Under the pieces are notes generated by a model that did not search any database, had not been told where the DNA came from, and worked only from the letters and a program-made list of their open reading frames with translations. Made by a program: the position numbers and the translations under genes. Positions 34,671 through 48,615 of a DNA stretch of 64,000 nt are shown piece after piece. Source of the DNA: Carcharhinus longimanus (Eukaryota); contig JASCQW010000122.1 of assembly GCA_030264375.1 (NCBI GenBank), forward strand, positions 26,151,947 to 26,215,946. The letters are read 5' to 3'. Each line of letters begins with the position of its first letter. Within the stretch, counting starts at the first letter, position 1.

Positions 34671-36094
34671 GTGAGGCAGCAGCAACCAAACAGCCTGAGT
34701 GCACAACAGCCTCTACAGCAACACCCCCCCCCCCCCCCCCCCCACCCGGGNNNNNNNNNNNNATTATTTTGCAATCTGTGCTTTATCTGTAAACTGCACT
34801 TCTCTTCTGCATGTGCTTTCTCTGCAAGTGCTTTGATTCCTGTCAAATCCACACACACTGACATTTACAAAGAAAAAAATCAAATTTAAATATTCAACAC
34901 TGATATCAAAAATCTTGTGCGGATCTGAATATGGAATGGATCCAAATGTAGGGTTTTACCCGGGAGGTCCTCTGCTTCACTTTTTTTTTGCATATTGTAC
35001 AGACGGAGAAGGCTTTGTTCCTGAACCTCATCAATAAATGCAACTTAACAGTGAAAACTCAGCAGGATAACCAACAAAATGTTCAAAAATGGAGATAATG
35101 ATGAGCTTACTCACTGGTTTATTGGTAAATCCAGCCTATTTTATGGCTGATCATTGTCACCATAAAAAAGCTGAAACCATCAAATATGCAGGGCTTCATC
35201 TTTTATGCAGGCACTGTGCATAAAAGACCAACAACAAAGGGTCTTATTTCCATAAATTTGTTCCAAAGACTCACTTTTTTTTCATCCCAATCAACCTCCA
35301 TAACATGATCAGGTATTAATAATGAAAACCCATCAGTTTGAGGGAATACCTTTTCTCTTTATAAAATTGCTTTATGGTCTAGCTGTTCATATGACAGACT
35401 GCTTAATTGATAAATGGATGTGATCACAAATGTCGCTTAAAATGTGTTTACTCTTGGCATTATTTTGTCATGAAGCGGAATATCACCTCAATCTAATTAA
35501 AAGCACTTCCATAACCGCCTTTGCTTTCATTCGCACACTGTGTCTGTCTGGTGCCCATGGAAACCGATATTTTTCTCCCTGACTGGATTGCGCTGACTGT
35601 AGGTTAGAAAATATTGTTGCTTGTTGCCTTTTCAGTTCTGCACGAGAACAAAGACCGCATCACACTACAGGGGAAAAGTGCAGTGAGAACCAGGTAGCTA
35701 TGAGTTAATTGGACAAAAACCCAGNNNNNTGGGGGGGTGGGGTGGGTGCAGGGCAATCTTCTGGTGCAATGGTTTAAGTGCTGGGAAGTCGAACTGTGGG
35801 TGCACTGAGTTGAACTCGCCGGATTTCCCAAGGTTGACCTCATTCGTTGAGTGTTATGCATCCAGCTTGAATCGGAAACAGGGATGATCACCTTTACAAG
35901 TTTCCTTCATTCTGTTGGCTGCAAACCTGGAAAGCACTGGATAATAAAAGCCACCGCTGAGGCTGGAAATCTTCCACTTAAGCTGAACATGCTGGAAAAT
36001 CTCAGCAGGTCCAGCAGCACCTGTGAGGAGAGGAACAAAGTCAACGGTTTGAGGCTTCAGCACATTCAGTAAGAAGTCTCACAAAACCGGGTAC

Positions 36095-36272
36095 ACTGAA
36101 GGAGAATTTAGCATGGCCAATGCACCTACCTAGCACGTCATTCAGACTGTGAGAGGAAATCCAGAGGAATCCTACACAGACACGGGAAGAACATGCAGAC
36201 TCCATACAGATAGCGACCCACGTGGGGATTCAAACTCGGGCCCCTGACGCTGAAAGGCAGCTAACCACTGTG
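36095..36272 (-). mobile_element. HE1 V-SINE, partial
   Basis: Reverse V-domain and head. Confidence 0.8.
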
Positions 36273-38112
36273 ACGTTCGAAAATGTTGGTCAGAAAAGTC
36301 AACCACTTTTGCAGTTTGAATAAACAATGCTCCCCACCTTGGGACCCTGAAAACATAACTCTTGTTTTATTGCTGCTCGTGATTATCTGTGTGGGGGGTC
36401 AACAATCGAGGCTAAAGACGATAGCTTAGAAGCCATGTTTGATTTCAGCCTTCTTTATATACCAGAGGCATGAAGGATTGTTTAATGAGAAAAGCTGCAT
36501 TGCCTTATGTGATTCTACGTTGCTTATCACTGATGACCTGCACATTCATGAATCTCCTACTAGGATTCACAAAAGAAACAGGGTTGTGTGCAGGAGTTTG
36601 GCCTCAATGCTTTTATTCAATACTACCCTGGACTTGGAGGAATGCTTCAAAGTGAATAAAATTGTTGGGTTTTCGATAATGCAACATTGGGTAGAATCTT
36701 GTACCCTCCCCCATTGTGAATTTGCTGGTAAAGGGGCATTTAATCAGAATTAAATCCACCCTGGATTAATCTACCCTGATTAAGTCTGTGGCAGGAAGAC
36801 CTATGGACGGCCATCCCCATTGCCACCAAGAGAAGCCCTTGAGTGGCTAATTAATGCCCATCTCACTGCCACTGGTATTAACCCAGCAGTAGACAGGCTT
36901 GACAGACAAGGAGCTTGACAAGTAAACCCTGGTGCGTTTGCTTGTGGGACAATCCATTGTTCAAAGGCCTAATTGAGAAACCTGACATTAGGAAGTAGGG
37001 GCCGACTGAGAGTCACCCTCCTGCCTTCGCTGCCAATCCCATTCTGTGACTGCCCCCCCCAACATTGTAACCCATTTCTCGCCGCCATTCAGCTGTGCCT
37101 GGGTCCTTCCTCAATCCAAGGCATTTTGTGGATATAGTACCTGCAGCAGCCACTGCTTCCCAGAAGCACTACTGAGCACAGAAAAGCTAGTGGTTCCCGA
37201 TTGATGGGCAGCTCCCAGTGGCTGGGACTTCTGCCCCCAGAATCCTTGATGGCCCGCCAGCAGCCTGTCTAGTGCCCTACTGGCACAAGATGGAGCCAGC
37301 CTTCCCAAAAAGAGGTGATGTGGGGGTCTTGTCAGCAGCTGAGACCCCCATTGCCTCCATGAGATTTGGTTCACTCAGTGACTATACTTTAAAGATGCTT
37401 CATTAACTGTAAATCACTGCTTTGTGATTATGAAAAATGCTAAATAAATGCAAATTTATTTTTTCTTCCTTCTGCTCCTTGGTTTTAATGGGAGAAGTTA
37501 TGAAGTGGGTTTATCATCAATAGTGACTTGTTTGATGTATCAGTGTAATATGAGTCGGTGTAGCTANNNNNNNNNNNNNNNNNNNNNNNNNTGGGTCAGA
37601 AGTGTAATGACTTTGATTGCTATGAGTCGAGCAGTCTTTGTGGTGAAACTTGTTTGCACATCACCTCTAAGCAGGTGACAGAAGTTGACCACTGCTTTCC
37701 TGGTGAAAAATATGAAGGCTGCAAAGACAGTTTTCCCAAGGCATTCCCACCGTGGTGTGCTTGGATCAGTAAACACTACCGGATGGCCAAAGGCACACTG
37801 TCCCTATGACAGTCAAACCAATCTCATCAATGTTTTCTTCCAAATAACGCAACAGGAATCTCTTCCAGGATTCCCATATCCAGAATTTTGATAGCAGCAG
37901 TGCTGAGTATTTCTCGGGCAAAATTCTACCAAAATAAACTTAGGGCGGGATTTTATGGCCTCCCTCATCCAAAACCGTAAAATCCCGCTCCAGGTCAACG
38001 GACACTTCCTGATACGCCCCCCCCTGCTCTGATTCCAGCTGACACCATTCACGCAGCAGCTGTGTGGACTGGAGTGCCGACCTGATAACAATCACAGTTG
38101 GCATACCTTTCT

Positions 38113-38427
38113 TAGAATTATAGAGACCACAGTGCAGAAGAAGGCCATTTGGCCCATCGAGCCTGCACCGACCATAATCCCATCCGGATCCTATTCCCAT
38201 AACCCCTCATATTTACCCTGCTGATCCCCTTGGCACTAGGGTTAATTTGCCTTGGCCAATCCACCTAACCCACACATCTTTGGACTCTGGGAGGAAACTG
38301 GAGGAAACCAATGCAGACATGGGGAGAATGTGCAAATTTGACACTAGACAGTGACCCAAGGCCAGAATTGAACCTGAGTCCCTAGTGCTATGAGGCAGCA
38401 GTGCTAACCACTATGCCACCGTGCCGC
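38113..38427 (-). mobile_element. HE1 V-SINE, tail A
   Basis: Full reverse copy ending gtgctaaccactatgccaccgtgccgc. Confidence 0.9.
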
Positions 38428-40792
38428 TTTGCTACGCTGCTTCTGAACCTGGAATTTCCTGACTTTGTGGCATAAATGATTAGTAACTATATTCACACTT
38501 GTGAGGATTAGTGTGTATCCTTAAAGCTAAACATAACTTATTATGTTAAAATTAAAGTTCATTAACTTTTGTGTTGAGATCTCATATTGACCTGAACAGA
38601 GCTATTCCACAATGGCAGGATTGTGTTCTGCATTCTGGACCTCTCCTTCCATCCAGCACCAATTTCCCCCCTCACCTCCTGAAGCTGACTGTGAATGCTG
38701 GCGTCATCTTTGACTAGTAAGAACAGCCGTGTTTCTGAAATGGTCATCCTTCACTGTGAGTACTTCACTTGCCTAGCATACTGTAACCAGCTGCAGTCAC
38801 ATCCGTACTGGTGTCCTGATTGAGATCAGTTAACTCAAGACAGACTGGGGATTAAATCTGGAGCTTTCAAGTTTACGTGGCCCAATGATACTTTGATAAA
38901 AATTCTGCTTGGTGAGACTCACATGCAAATACTTCAGACTAAATGTGTAATGAAGCCTATTGCATCCCCCACACGCTGCTGAGGCAGAAGCAGTAACCTG
39001 AATTAATTAGTGAATTAAGCCAATGCAAAAAAAACTACCACTTTATCATTATCTGTGAGCATTCAGAGGGGCTTCTGCTATCCGAGTATCTTGCTGTTTT
39101 AGTTCTTTTTCTTAATAACGGAAAGTAAAATATGGTTTGTCATTTTGTTGGGTTTCTTCGTGTGTATTAAAAATCAAACTTCTCCACAGTAATAATCCAA
39201 ATTGTGTTTGCTATGTGAATTTGTGTGAAGCCGTTGTAGTGGAATTGCCACACAGTTCCTTTCTCTCCCCATTGAGGAAGGAAACATTTGCCAACTGTAT
39301 TTTCAAACAGTGGCTCTTTAAAAACAATACTCTGGGATCCTTCATGCAGGACTCGTTAATTGTGTTTCCTTGGCAACAGTAGTCAATGAGTTAAATACAG
39401 CAGACAAAATACCTCCAATGCGCTCAGAATAAGTGTTGGCTCCTGTTGAAGGGCTGTCTGCTTCCCTTGTTGGAATATTCCATTTTGAAAAGGGATGCAT
39501 GATTGTGGGAAATATTTCTGCACGCTTCTGTGCTTGTGAGGACAAATATTTAATATCAAAGTTTATAATTCCAGGAAAAAAGGAAGAAATGTTATGCTGG
39601 CACTGAGTTGAATCAGTTAAATATACAAATGGGTGGTCAATGGACAATGTACCTGACCTGCTTTCTGCAGCTCTTCAGGGAACTGGCTGTATGCTTATAG
39701 GGAGGAGTCATCTTATTCTGTGTTTTGTCATCTTATCAATTTTTTTTTATGTGCGGGTTTGTTGCGGTGGTAGCTTTTGTCAATGATTGAGCAGATCATT
39801 GTTGTGTACCCCACCATAGTCAGGGAAACCTCTAGTAAAATTGGTGCCAGGGGCTGGCAGCAGTTCCGAAATCAGAAGCAGCCACTACAGTATTACTGTC
39901 ACTAATGCAAGCAGCTGTTCCCATCTGCAGTGCAGCATCGCAGCCCGACAGTCAGACCTCTCTGGGCTTTTCGCTGGTGGAGCTAACAAGGAGGCTGGCC
40001 CTGCTTGGAGCTTCTGTACAGGGGCAAGCCAAGGATGGGAGGCTCCCAGTCTGTGCAGCAGAGGCAGGCAAGCAGCCTGAATCGGGAAACTTCAGAGGCT
40101 ATGTGAGTCCTGCATCTTTTTTTTTGCTTTGTTTTTTATACCATCATCCCCCACCTCACTGACAAGGCCAGCAGCATCATCAGCCATCCCAGCGTAGATA
40201 GTACTAGCAGCCACCTATGGGCCCTGGCATTTCAGCAAGCCCGTGCTATCCCTAAATGACAGTGCTATCCCTACAGGATAATATTCCGTATCTTCAGTGG
40301 CATTATTGTAATGTCTGAACCAGAACTAAAATAAAAATAAGATTGCTGCAACCTATGAACGATATTGATTATTTGTATGTCAGAAATGCTCAGTGGTCTG
40401 ACTGTGACTTAGCGATGCTTTGGATTTAAAATGTGAAATTTGTTTCGGAGTGATTTGTCCATTTCTTTTGTGGAGCTGCACACACTGATGCCGTAGGTCT
40501 CCTTTGTTGGATTTAAAAGGTGAGAAGGGGACTCTGCCCTTTGATGGTGCTTTTTGAATAGGATTATTTAGAATCACATCCTGGCCTTTAGCAATTGAAG
40601 TGATGACTAAATGTACTAACTGCACTGCATAGTTAGAACATACAGCAAACAGTTGTATACACAGCTGTATAGATCCTCTCAAAAGGCCTTGGAAAAACAT
40701 TGTTAGGCTTTTCTTTTCTCAGTACATTCACATGTTGTGAGTTTCAATTGGTACCAAGTTTAACTGAGAATCCACAAGCTGCCTGTTTCAAG

Positions 40793-40930
40793 ATCCGATG
40801 CTGTTGTACTGTCAGCAGAGGCACAGCAAGAAGCAGCTGCGGGTTCAGTGAAATCTGAAATAAATATGGAAACATCATTGTCTTCTTCTGAGCTTTATGT
40901 TGAGCAGGTGATGACTGACCTCCAATCTTG
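40793..40930 (+). CDS. Internal coding exon F (138 nt, phase 2-2): (R)SDAVVLSAEAQQEAAAGSVKSEINMETSLSSSELYVEQVMTDLQS
   Basis: Acceptor gcctgtttcaAG, consensus donor TG|GTGAGT. Open in phase 2 with an acidic, Ser-rich composition like the array. Confidence 0.7.
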
Positions 40931-41896
40931 GTGAGTATGACTACATGAACGAGTATTTGTGTGGTGATTTTTTTGCCCTTTTGAAGCCAAATGCTTTCTT
41001 TATTGCAGTAGTAAGTGAAGAAACTAGTTCACAGAACCACCCCTTGAGGCTGGGTGGAACTAATGCAAGAATACACTATCTATCAGAGCTGTCTGAGGCA
41101 CAATATGCTGATTCCAGTCCATTAACACTCTTTCAATTGCTGACACTAACCTTCATCATGAACTATATTTCTGTTGTATTGTCTTACCCCAGGCTCTTGT
41201 ACTCTATTTATTAAATGATATAATACAACAACTGATTGCCACCCAGCAGAACTAGGTCTGGAAATATCGAACCTTTCCCTTTGATCATCCTTTCTGTTGG
41301 CATATTTGCCCGAATACGCGCACAAATCCAGTTTGAAAAAAAGAAAGATCATTAATGATCAATTCAAAACAGGGTCATTTAGCTTTTCAAATAAATGACA
41401 TTCTCTGGAAGATGAATGCAATTTTTACTGAATTATTCAGGGTTCTTTGTACTACACCAAGCTACGATAAACCACTTCTAAACACCCTGACCTATGATGT
41501 AATGGCTGCACTTATGTGGACATGGACCAATGATATTCCCTGTTCAATTTAATCTCACACATATGACCTTTGTACTTTCTAAAGTGGCAAGCTGATGAGA
41601 ACGATGAGGAGTATTTAAATATTCCATTGCCTGATGTGAGGATTCAGTGTGAAGACTGTACCCTTGAATAAGTGTTTGGATTTATATTTAGAAGGTAAAT
41701 AGTCATATGTTATGGATTGTTTCCAGGAGGTGTGTGCATTGTGCCTTTGTACCTGAAAATACTCCACGTGTATACCATATGCTTCAGTGATATCATGTGA
41801 AATGAGGGTGACTCTTACCCAATCAGCTAACTGTTNNNNNNNNNNNNNNNNNNNNNNNNNNNNNNNNNNNNNNNNAACATCAAATTGTTTGGAAGC

Positions 41897-42213
41897 GATC
41901 ATAGACTCCCTACAGTGCAGAAAGAGGCCAATCAGCCCATCAAGCCTGCACTGACAACAATCTCGCCTAAGTTTTATCCCCACAACCCCACGTATTTATC
42001 CTGCTAATCCCCCTGACATGAAGGAGCAATTTAGCATGGCCAATCAACCTAACCTGCACATCTTTGGAGTGTGGGAGGAGGCTGGATCACCTGGAGGAAA
42101 CCGATGCAGACACGGGGAGAACATACAAACTCCACACAGACAGTAACCCGAGGCCAGAGTTGAACTAAGGTCCCTGGCACTGTGAAGCAAAAGGGCTAAC
42201 CTCTGTGCCACTG
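41897..42213 (-). mobile_element. HE1 V-SINE, tail A
   Basis: Full reverse copy. Confidence 0.9.
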
Positions 42214-43039
42214 AATGTATAAATGGAAATAAGATCAGCCTATCCGCTCAACCCTATCATTTTAATTATGGTTGGAACTCAAGTAAAGCATGACTTCAAA
42301 CACAAAGATCTGATAACTTGACCTTGTTTATCCACATTGCCATGGAAATGCTGCATTGAGTTTACATTTGGGATGATAATATTCCTTTTCCCCCAACTTC
42401 TCACCTGTGTCTAAATTCAACTCTCAAACCAGGGTATGGATTTGGACGTCACTCTCTATACTTGTATCCCACTCCAAGAGGAAATTGTAAGTTAATTGCT
42501 CCAGGCTCTTGACATGGACATTTAATTAGAATAAAATATATTTTAGAAGTTAGATCAACAAATATGTTGAAATCACTGAGTACTTGCAGTGAATGTAGCA
42601 AAAGGGGTTATTAGTGATTTGGATATAAAAAGCGAATGTTGGTTTGTCAACTTTGATGATCGCACTGATATAGGGAGTGTTGTGTGTTAATAAGTTTCAA
42701 GCCAGTTAGTGAAACAGGAACCAAGAGGCAGAGCTTTTCTTTGAGAGAGTTTATTAAAATGTGAAGTCTCACAGCTCTCTTCCCACTTAACCCAGTGTCC
42801 TAGCTATCCCCTTTTTATATGTGCTCAATTAATACCCACCACCTGTTTCTCTTAACCTTAACAATGTAATTTGACAAGGCATTAACACAGTAGAGCTGCA
42901 AATACAGGTCTGTAAAGGGATTTAGTCACTCAGGGAATGAAATAAATTAGTAATAATTGAAACTTATCATTGTTAAATGCACATTGTTCAAAATCTGTAA
43001 TGAACCTTGGGATTAATAAGTAAAATTTGATTTATCAAA

Positions 43040-43402
43040 TTTCTACCATGGCCTCAGGACAACCAAGGTACTTTTCAGCCATCTTTGTATTGCAGCTGTA
43101 ATCTAATGGGAATGTAGGACAACAAACAGCCAATTTATACACAGCAAGGTCCCGCAACCAATGAAGACTGTTTTTGGGTGATGTTGGTTGAGAAATTAAT
43201 ACGATCCAGGACATTGAGAGACTTCCTTGTGTTCCTTTGAATAGTACAGTAGTATTTATATGTATAGCTGAGGGCAGATGAGGCCCTCCATGCAACATCT
43301 CACCTAAAGAAGGTACCTCCTGTAGTGTCCCTGTCCATTGTATTGAAGTATCAGTCTGGACCATGACTCAATTCTCTGGAGTGGCCTTGAATCATGATCT
43401 TC
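43040..43402 (-). mobile_element. Deu-domain SINE (SacSINE1-like)
   Basis: Reverse complement contains ggaggtaccttctttaggtgagatgttg...caatgtcctgg...ctcaaccaacatcac...cttgctgtgtataaattggctg...tcctgaggccatggtagaa. Confidence 0.7.
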
Positions 43403-43879
43403 CAGGGTAGCATTTAACTCTGGACATGGAATGAGTGAGCTGCAAGTAAAATACTCGCCTGGAGTCACTAAAACCTGGTGTTGTCAGACTTTTTACTGTG
43501 ACCAATTTAACAGGCAGGAAGATAGATTTCAGAGTGGAGGGCTGGGACAGGGAAGGATGGAGCAGTGTTGGTTCAAGAAGTAGAGTCTGGGATAACAGTA
43601 TCTTACATTATCCTGTGGAGCCCAACAGTGATCTCTTGTTCTTCATGTAATTATTGTGTTAAGTGTTTGGAGCCTCTTCCTTTACCCCTCTGATTAATCT
43701 GGTTGGAATGTATACAGTGCACACTTTGCTCAAGTTGTCACTTCAAATAGCACCATGGTCTCATGGATATCATGGGGGTGAATATACACAGTAATAAAGT
43801 CCCTGTCCAATGGATAGCCTCAGTAAATATGGCAAGGAAGAGGAGTGGTAAAGGGTGCACAGTAATTTTTAACTCCACT

Positions 43880-44201
43880 ATGGCACAATGGCACAGCGGT
43901 TAGCATTCTGCCTCACAACAACAGAAATCTGGGTTTGATTCCTGGCTTGGATCACTGTCTGTGTGGAGTCTGCAAATTCTCCCTGTATCTGCCTGGGCTT
44001 CTGGGTGCTCCGGTTTCCTCCCACAGTCCAAAGATGTGTGGCTTAGGTGGATTGGCCATGCCAAATTGTTCCTTAGTATCAGAGAGACTAGCTAGAATAA
44101 ATGCATACGGTTGTTTGGATTGGGGTTGGGTGGGATTGTGGTGGGTGCAGACTTGATGGACTGATTGGCCTCTTTCTGCACTGTAGATTTCTATGATTCT
44201 A
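43880..44201 (+). mobile_element. HE1 V-SINE, tail A
   Basis: Head, V-domain and tail ggcctctttctgcactgtagatttctatgattct. Confidence 0.9.
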
Positions 44202-46599
44202 CCACCTTGTCACCGCAGAGTAGGTCAAGTTAAAATCAGCCCTACTCATTCAGAGGCAAATGTATTACCAGTGAGCCAGAGTGAACATCATAATGCAATT
44301 AGATTGGGGAGAATAATTAAATGGGGGCTATAATAAACTCCTTCCTTTATTGCACTGGAAGTATAACAAAGAAAAGGTTTGTCTGGTCAGAATAGTAGCG
44401 GATAGCTGTGCTAAGGCTTTGCAGATCTCATTGAGAGGTCTTAGTTCTGCTTAGTTCTGGTAATCTCTTCTTAAAAACATATAAATTGGAGAAGGTACAG
44501 AGAAGAACAATGATGCTGGATCCTTGCTGTGAATGAGATGCACTATGATGAAAGTGCAGAGAAACTCGAGCTACAGTCTGGAAAGATGATTCGGAGAAAG
44601 TTTCATTGAAGCACATGAAATATAAAATGGTACTACACTGTCAAACCTTTATATGATCCTACACAGGAGCATCATTTATAAAACCATGTTTTCTATATGG
44701 GTAAAAATTTAGACATGGTCAAATTTTTCACTTGTTCATGATAGTTAAGAGAAGTTTCCAAATTATGGTTGGGTGAAAGATCGTTTATATTAGCTGCAAC
44801 AAGAGGGAGGCTCAAGAATATATTTGAAGAATGAAGGAAGGGGCTAGGATAAACTTTTTGAAGCTCATTAACATGCTATCTAACCTATTAGAGCATCCAA
44901 CTTCATCTGAACACTCCAAATATTTATTTGTTTAAAGCACCCCAGTTAGTGTGTTATCAAAGTCAAAAATTCCTGTATTAGCTGGCTGCTAATTACAGCA
45001 CAAAGGGACACCCTGCTTTTTGTAAAGGAATTTCAACCCAAGCTTGCTGGGCTGAAACACCAGTGATATATATCTGGTATTTTGTCACCATTGGTTACAT
45101 TGATAAACTTCAAACCCTTCCAACTTCCAACATACATGGAAAATCAGTGTATAAAAAGTGCCTTTTGATGCATCTATCATTCAAATCATGGTCAACAGAT
45201 GTTCATGTGGGATTTTCAGCAACTGTATTGTTACAGCTGGCTATTGTTATAGTAAAGGAAATATCATAGATCCACAGAGGTTTTGCCATAGATGAGGGAG
45301 TTGGTTAGCAATGCAGGCAACATACATGTTAAGAAGCATGGAAAATGAGGGTCAACCCCAAACCAGGTTATGATTATTTAATTTATATGGTCCTGCCCCA
45401 GTTACTGTGTGCCCTCACCAAGTCCTTTATTGAGTTTTATTATTGATAGGATTGTGCAATTTCAAGAAAACTTGTCAGGAAAACCCAAAAAATTGTCATA
45501 TTTTTCTGTTGGTTATACTCTTGTCACATTTTTAAACTATTGAGGTGTGTGAGTGGTTATTTAAAGCAATGGACAAAATGACTTTGAATCTAAACTGGGG
45601 GGTTTGATATGGTAATGCGGTTAGCAGGACTTCACACAGGTAACTTAGTAAGGATGGCTACAGAGCAGGGATAGAATTGAATGAGTTGTTGTGATTCAAA
45701 GGAGGAGATATGCATGCATGGTATGAAAGAAAGGTGTCATAGGTAAGGCATGGATTGAGTGAGCCTGTTTCTTTTTGAAATACTAAAAGCTAAGAGATGA
45801 CATTAATCATTTCTGGGAAAGAACAGCTCTAAAGAGACTGGGTGAAACAATGGAGGAATCAAAGGTGAAAAACATATTTAAGGAGAAACTGAAAGCTCTG
45901 AAAAGGACTATTTCAGGTCTCAGCAGGAATAACTAGTCAAACTCTCAGCAAGCAGTGTGAATGAGGCCAGATTTGAAAAAACAACTGCTGTTAACCTCAG
46001 AGGGCATCCCAAGGAAGAAATTTTACTGCTGGAAGGTAAATATTACTGGACTTTTGTAGACTTTAAAATGTATAAGATGTTGCTGGACAGATGGGGAAGG
46101 TTAGCTCTGTAAAAAGTTAAGTTAAGGTTGTTTGGAATGGTTTTAAAATATTAATCCTATATGAAGCCATAGTCTTATTTAAGTGTTATTTTATTTTTTA
46201 TTTTTCCTATTAAGAAACATTTACTGTAAAATCATCAGATGTAGTCAGGGACATTTTTTAATTTCAAAATCTTTCCTCATTCTATACAAATTGTAAGCAA
46301 ACATCAAGGTAGTTGTTTCAAGTTTCCCTTCTAGGATTTGAAAAGTTCGGTATTTACCATCAACAATGCCCTTAAGTAATAAAATAGAATGGTTACTTAG
46401 ACATTTATTAAAGAGAATGTTCTCACAAAGGAAGTTATCCAATTTTATTTTCTGATTTGTTAAAATATAGACTCCTGCAACTTGCATAAACACACGTACA
46501 CGACTTAATTGCGACAAGAATGTTGAACAAAATTCTTTCTAAACAAAGATGTTTCTGGTTAAAACCCAATAAAGATGATTTTCATTTTGTGGTCAAACA

Positions 46600-47470
46600 T
46601 CACCAAAGCAGTATCCTCACTTTCAGATCCACCTACTTCTTTGGCCACTGTTTTTGAATTACTGACCTTTATATAACCTCAGCATTCTCCATCCCTTCAA
46701 TCCAACCCTTCCAGCTTCATAACAACATCTGTCTTCAGCCCTGTTTCAGCTTATCTCCAGCAAAAAAAAAACTCATTCATGGCTGTTAAACTTAAGAACA
46801 TAAGAAACAGCTCCTCAAGCCTGCTCTGCCATTCAATATGATAATGGTTGATGCTCTGCATGAGTTCCACTTTCCTGCCCCAATGTCCATGCCTCTTGAC
46901 TCCCTGAGAAACCAAAGATCTGTCTATTTCAGGCTGAAGTCTATTTGGTGATGGAACATTCTCAAACCTTTTAGAAGAGAATTCCAAAGATTTGCAACCC
47001 TGAATGAAGTGAGAAATTTCTCCTCCTCCTAAATGATCAGCCCCTTTGTCAACAGCAAACTCAAATACTCTAATGCTCTCCTGGTTGTTCCCCATTCTCC
47101 AGTTATGAAGGGTGTGAGCTCATCCATAATTCTGCTGCTCATATTCTATCCCACATTTATTCCCCCTCACCGATCACTCTTGTCCTTGCTGGCTTACATT
47201 GGCTTCAGTCCTCACTTGCCTAAAATTTAATGTTTTCGTCTTTGTATTGAAATCACATCATGTCTTCACTCATGCAAGACGGTGTAGTCTCCTTTAATAG
47301 TCTGAAAACTTTGTATTCCTTCAACTCTATCCTCTTCCGCTTCCCCCAGTTCCTCCATATTACCATTGGTGGCTGTGTATTCAGATGCTTGAGCCTTAGG
47401 AATTCTGTCCCAAAACCACTCCGTCTCCCCATCTCCCTCCCCACATTAAACCCATTTCTGTAACCAAGCC
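46600..47470 (+). mobile_element. L2 LINE 3' relic interrupted by a reverse CR1 end (about 46790-47110)
   Basis: L2-type end ccattggtggctgtgtattcagatgcttgagcc...ccaaaaccactcc. The reverse CR1 tail begins taagaacataagaaa. Confidence 0.6.
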
Positions 47471-48297
47471 TTCAATCATTACCGTGACCGTCACTTTCTT
47501 CGATTTTGTCTTTTTTTTGTCATTAGGATCTTGTGAAACCTTGGGATTCTTAGCATGCTCGCAAAATTCAGCTTGTTTGCCTGATGGTTCGCAAAGTTGT
47601 CTTTGCTTGAGTGTGCTACAACTAGTGCTTATAGCACGATTAATTCTGGATCAACTATTAACATTTCTGTCATAATTTTGAAAACTGAGAAAGGAAGAAG
47701 TAAGAATTTTACTAAAATAGGAAAGAATCATGAATGGCTATGATTCAGTTTTCGACAACCTTGTGGTTTCTTAGAGGTACAACTACATAGAGCAAAGTGC
47801 CGTTGTTGTCATGGCTGCAATTACGGGGACAATTCAGTTGCTTGTTAAGATCTCTGGTCTTCAACACATTCTTGGCTGTGTGGTTTCCAAGGAGATGTTT
47901 GTTGCTTAGCATAAGATTTTGTGCAGTGTGTGGATTGAAGGGACCAGCTGCTTTTGCTTCAGAAATTGAGTTTGTTTTGAGATGCCCATGTGAAGAATCC
48001 AACAGTTCAGTATTACTTTACAGGCCAAATAGCGAACTGCATTCTTACAATTCTTCACAACGTAATCACCTAAAATAATGAAATTAGGTGATAGGTTTGG
48101 CAAATGGCTATCAAAGCCTTTGCTGCCATCTGCTGCTAATGTGTAAATTTGAACCTTAATGATGATTCAGGCAAAATACTGTTTTTTGATAAATGGCTGT
48201 AGTTAATGTGTGGTTTTTGCACTTAGCTCTGATTAGAATGAAAACTGGAATGTTTATGAACCACAAGGTTATGGAAACACATTCTACTATGCCATCA

Positions 48298-48615
48298 GTG
48301 GCATGGTTGCACAGTGGTTAGCTCTGCTGCCTCACAGCGCAAGGGACCTGGGTTCAATTCCAGCCTCGGGTCACTGCCTGTATGGAGTTTACACATTCTT
48401 CCTGTGTCTGCATGGGTTTGCTCCAAGTGGTCCGGATTCCGTCCACAGTCCAAAGATGTGCAGGTTAGGTTGATTGGTCATCCTAAATTGTCCGGCAGTG
48501 TCAGGTAGACTAGTGGGATAAATACATGGGGTTAGAAGGATAGGGCCTGGGTGGGATTGTTGTCAGTGCACGGTCAATGGACCAAATGGCCTCCTGCACT
48601 GTAGGGATTCTATTA
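48298..48615 (+). mobile_element. HE1 V-SINE, tail A
   Basis: Head, V-domain and CR1-like tail. Confidence 0.9.
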
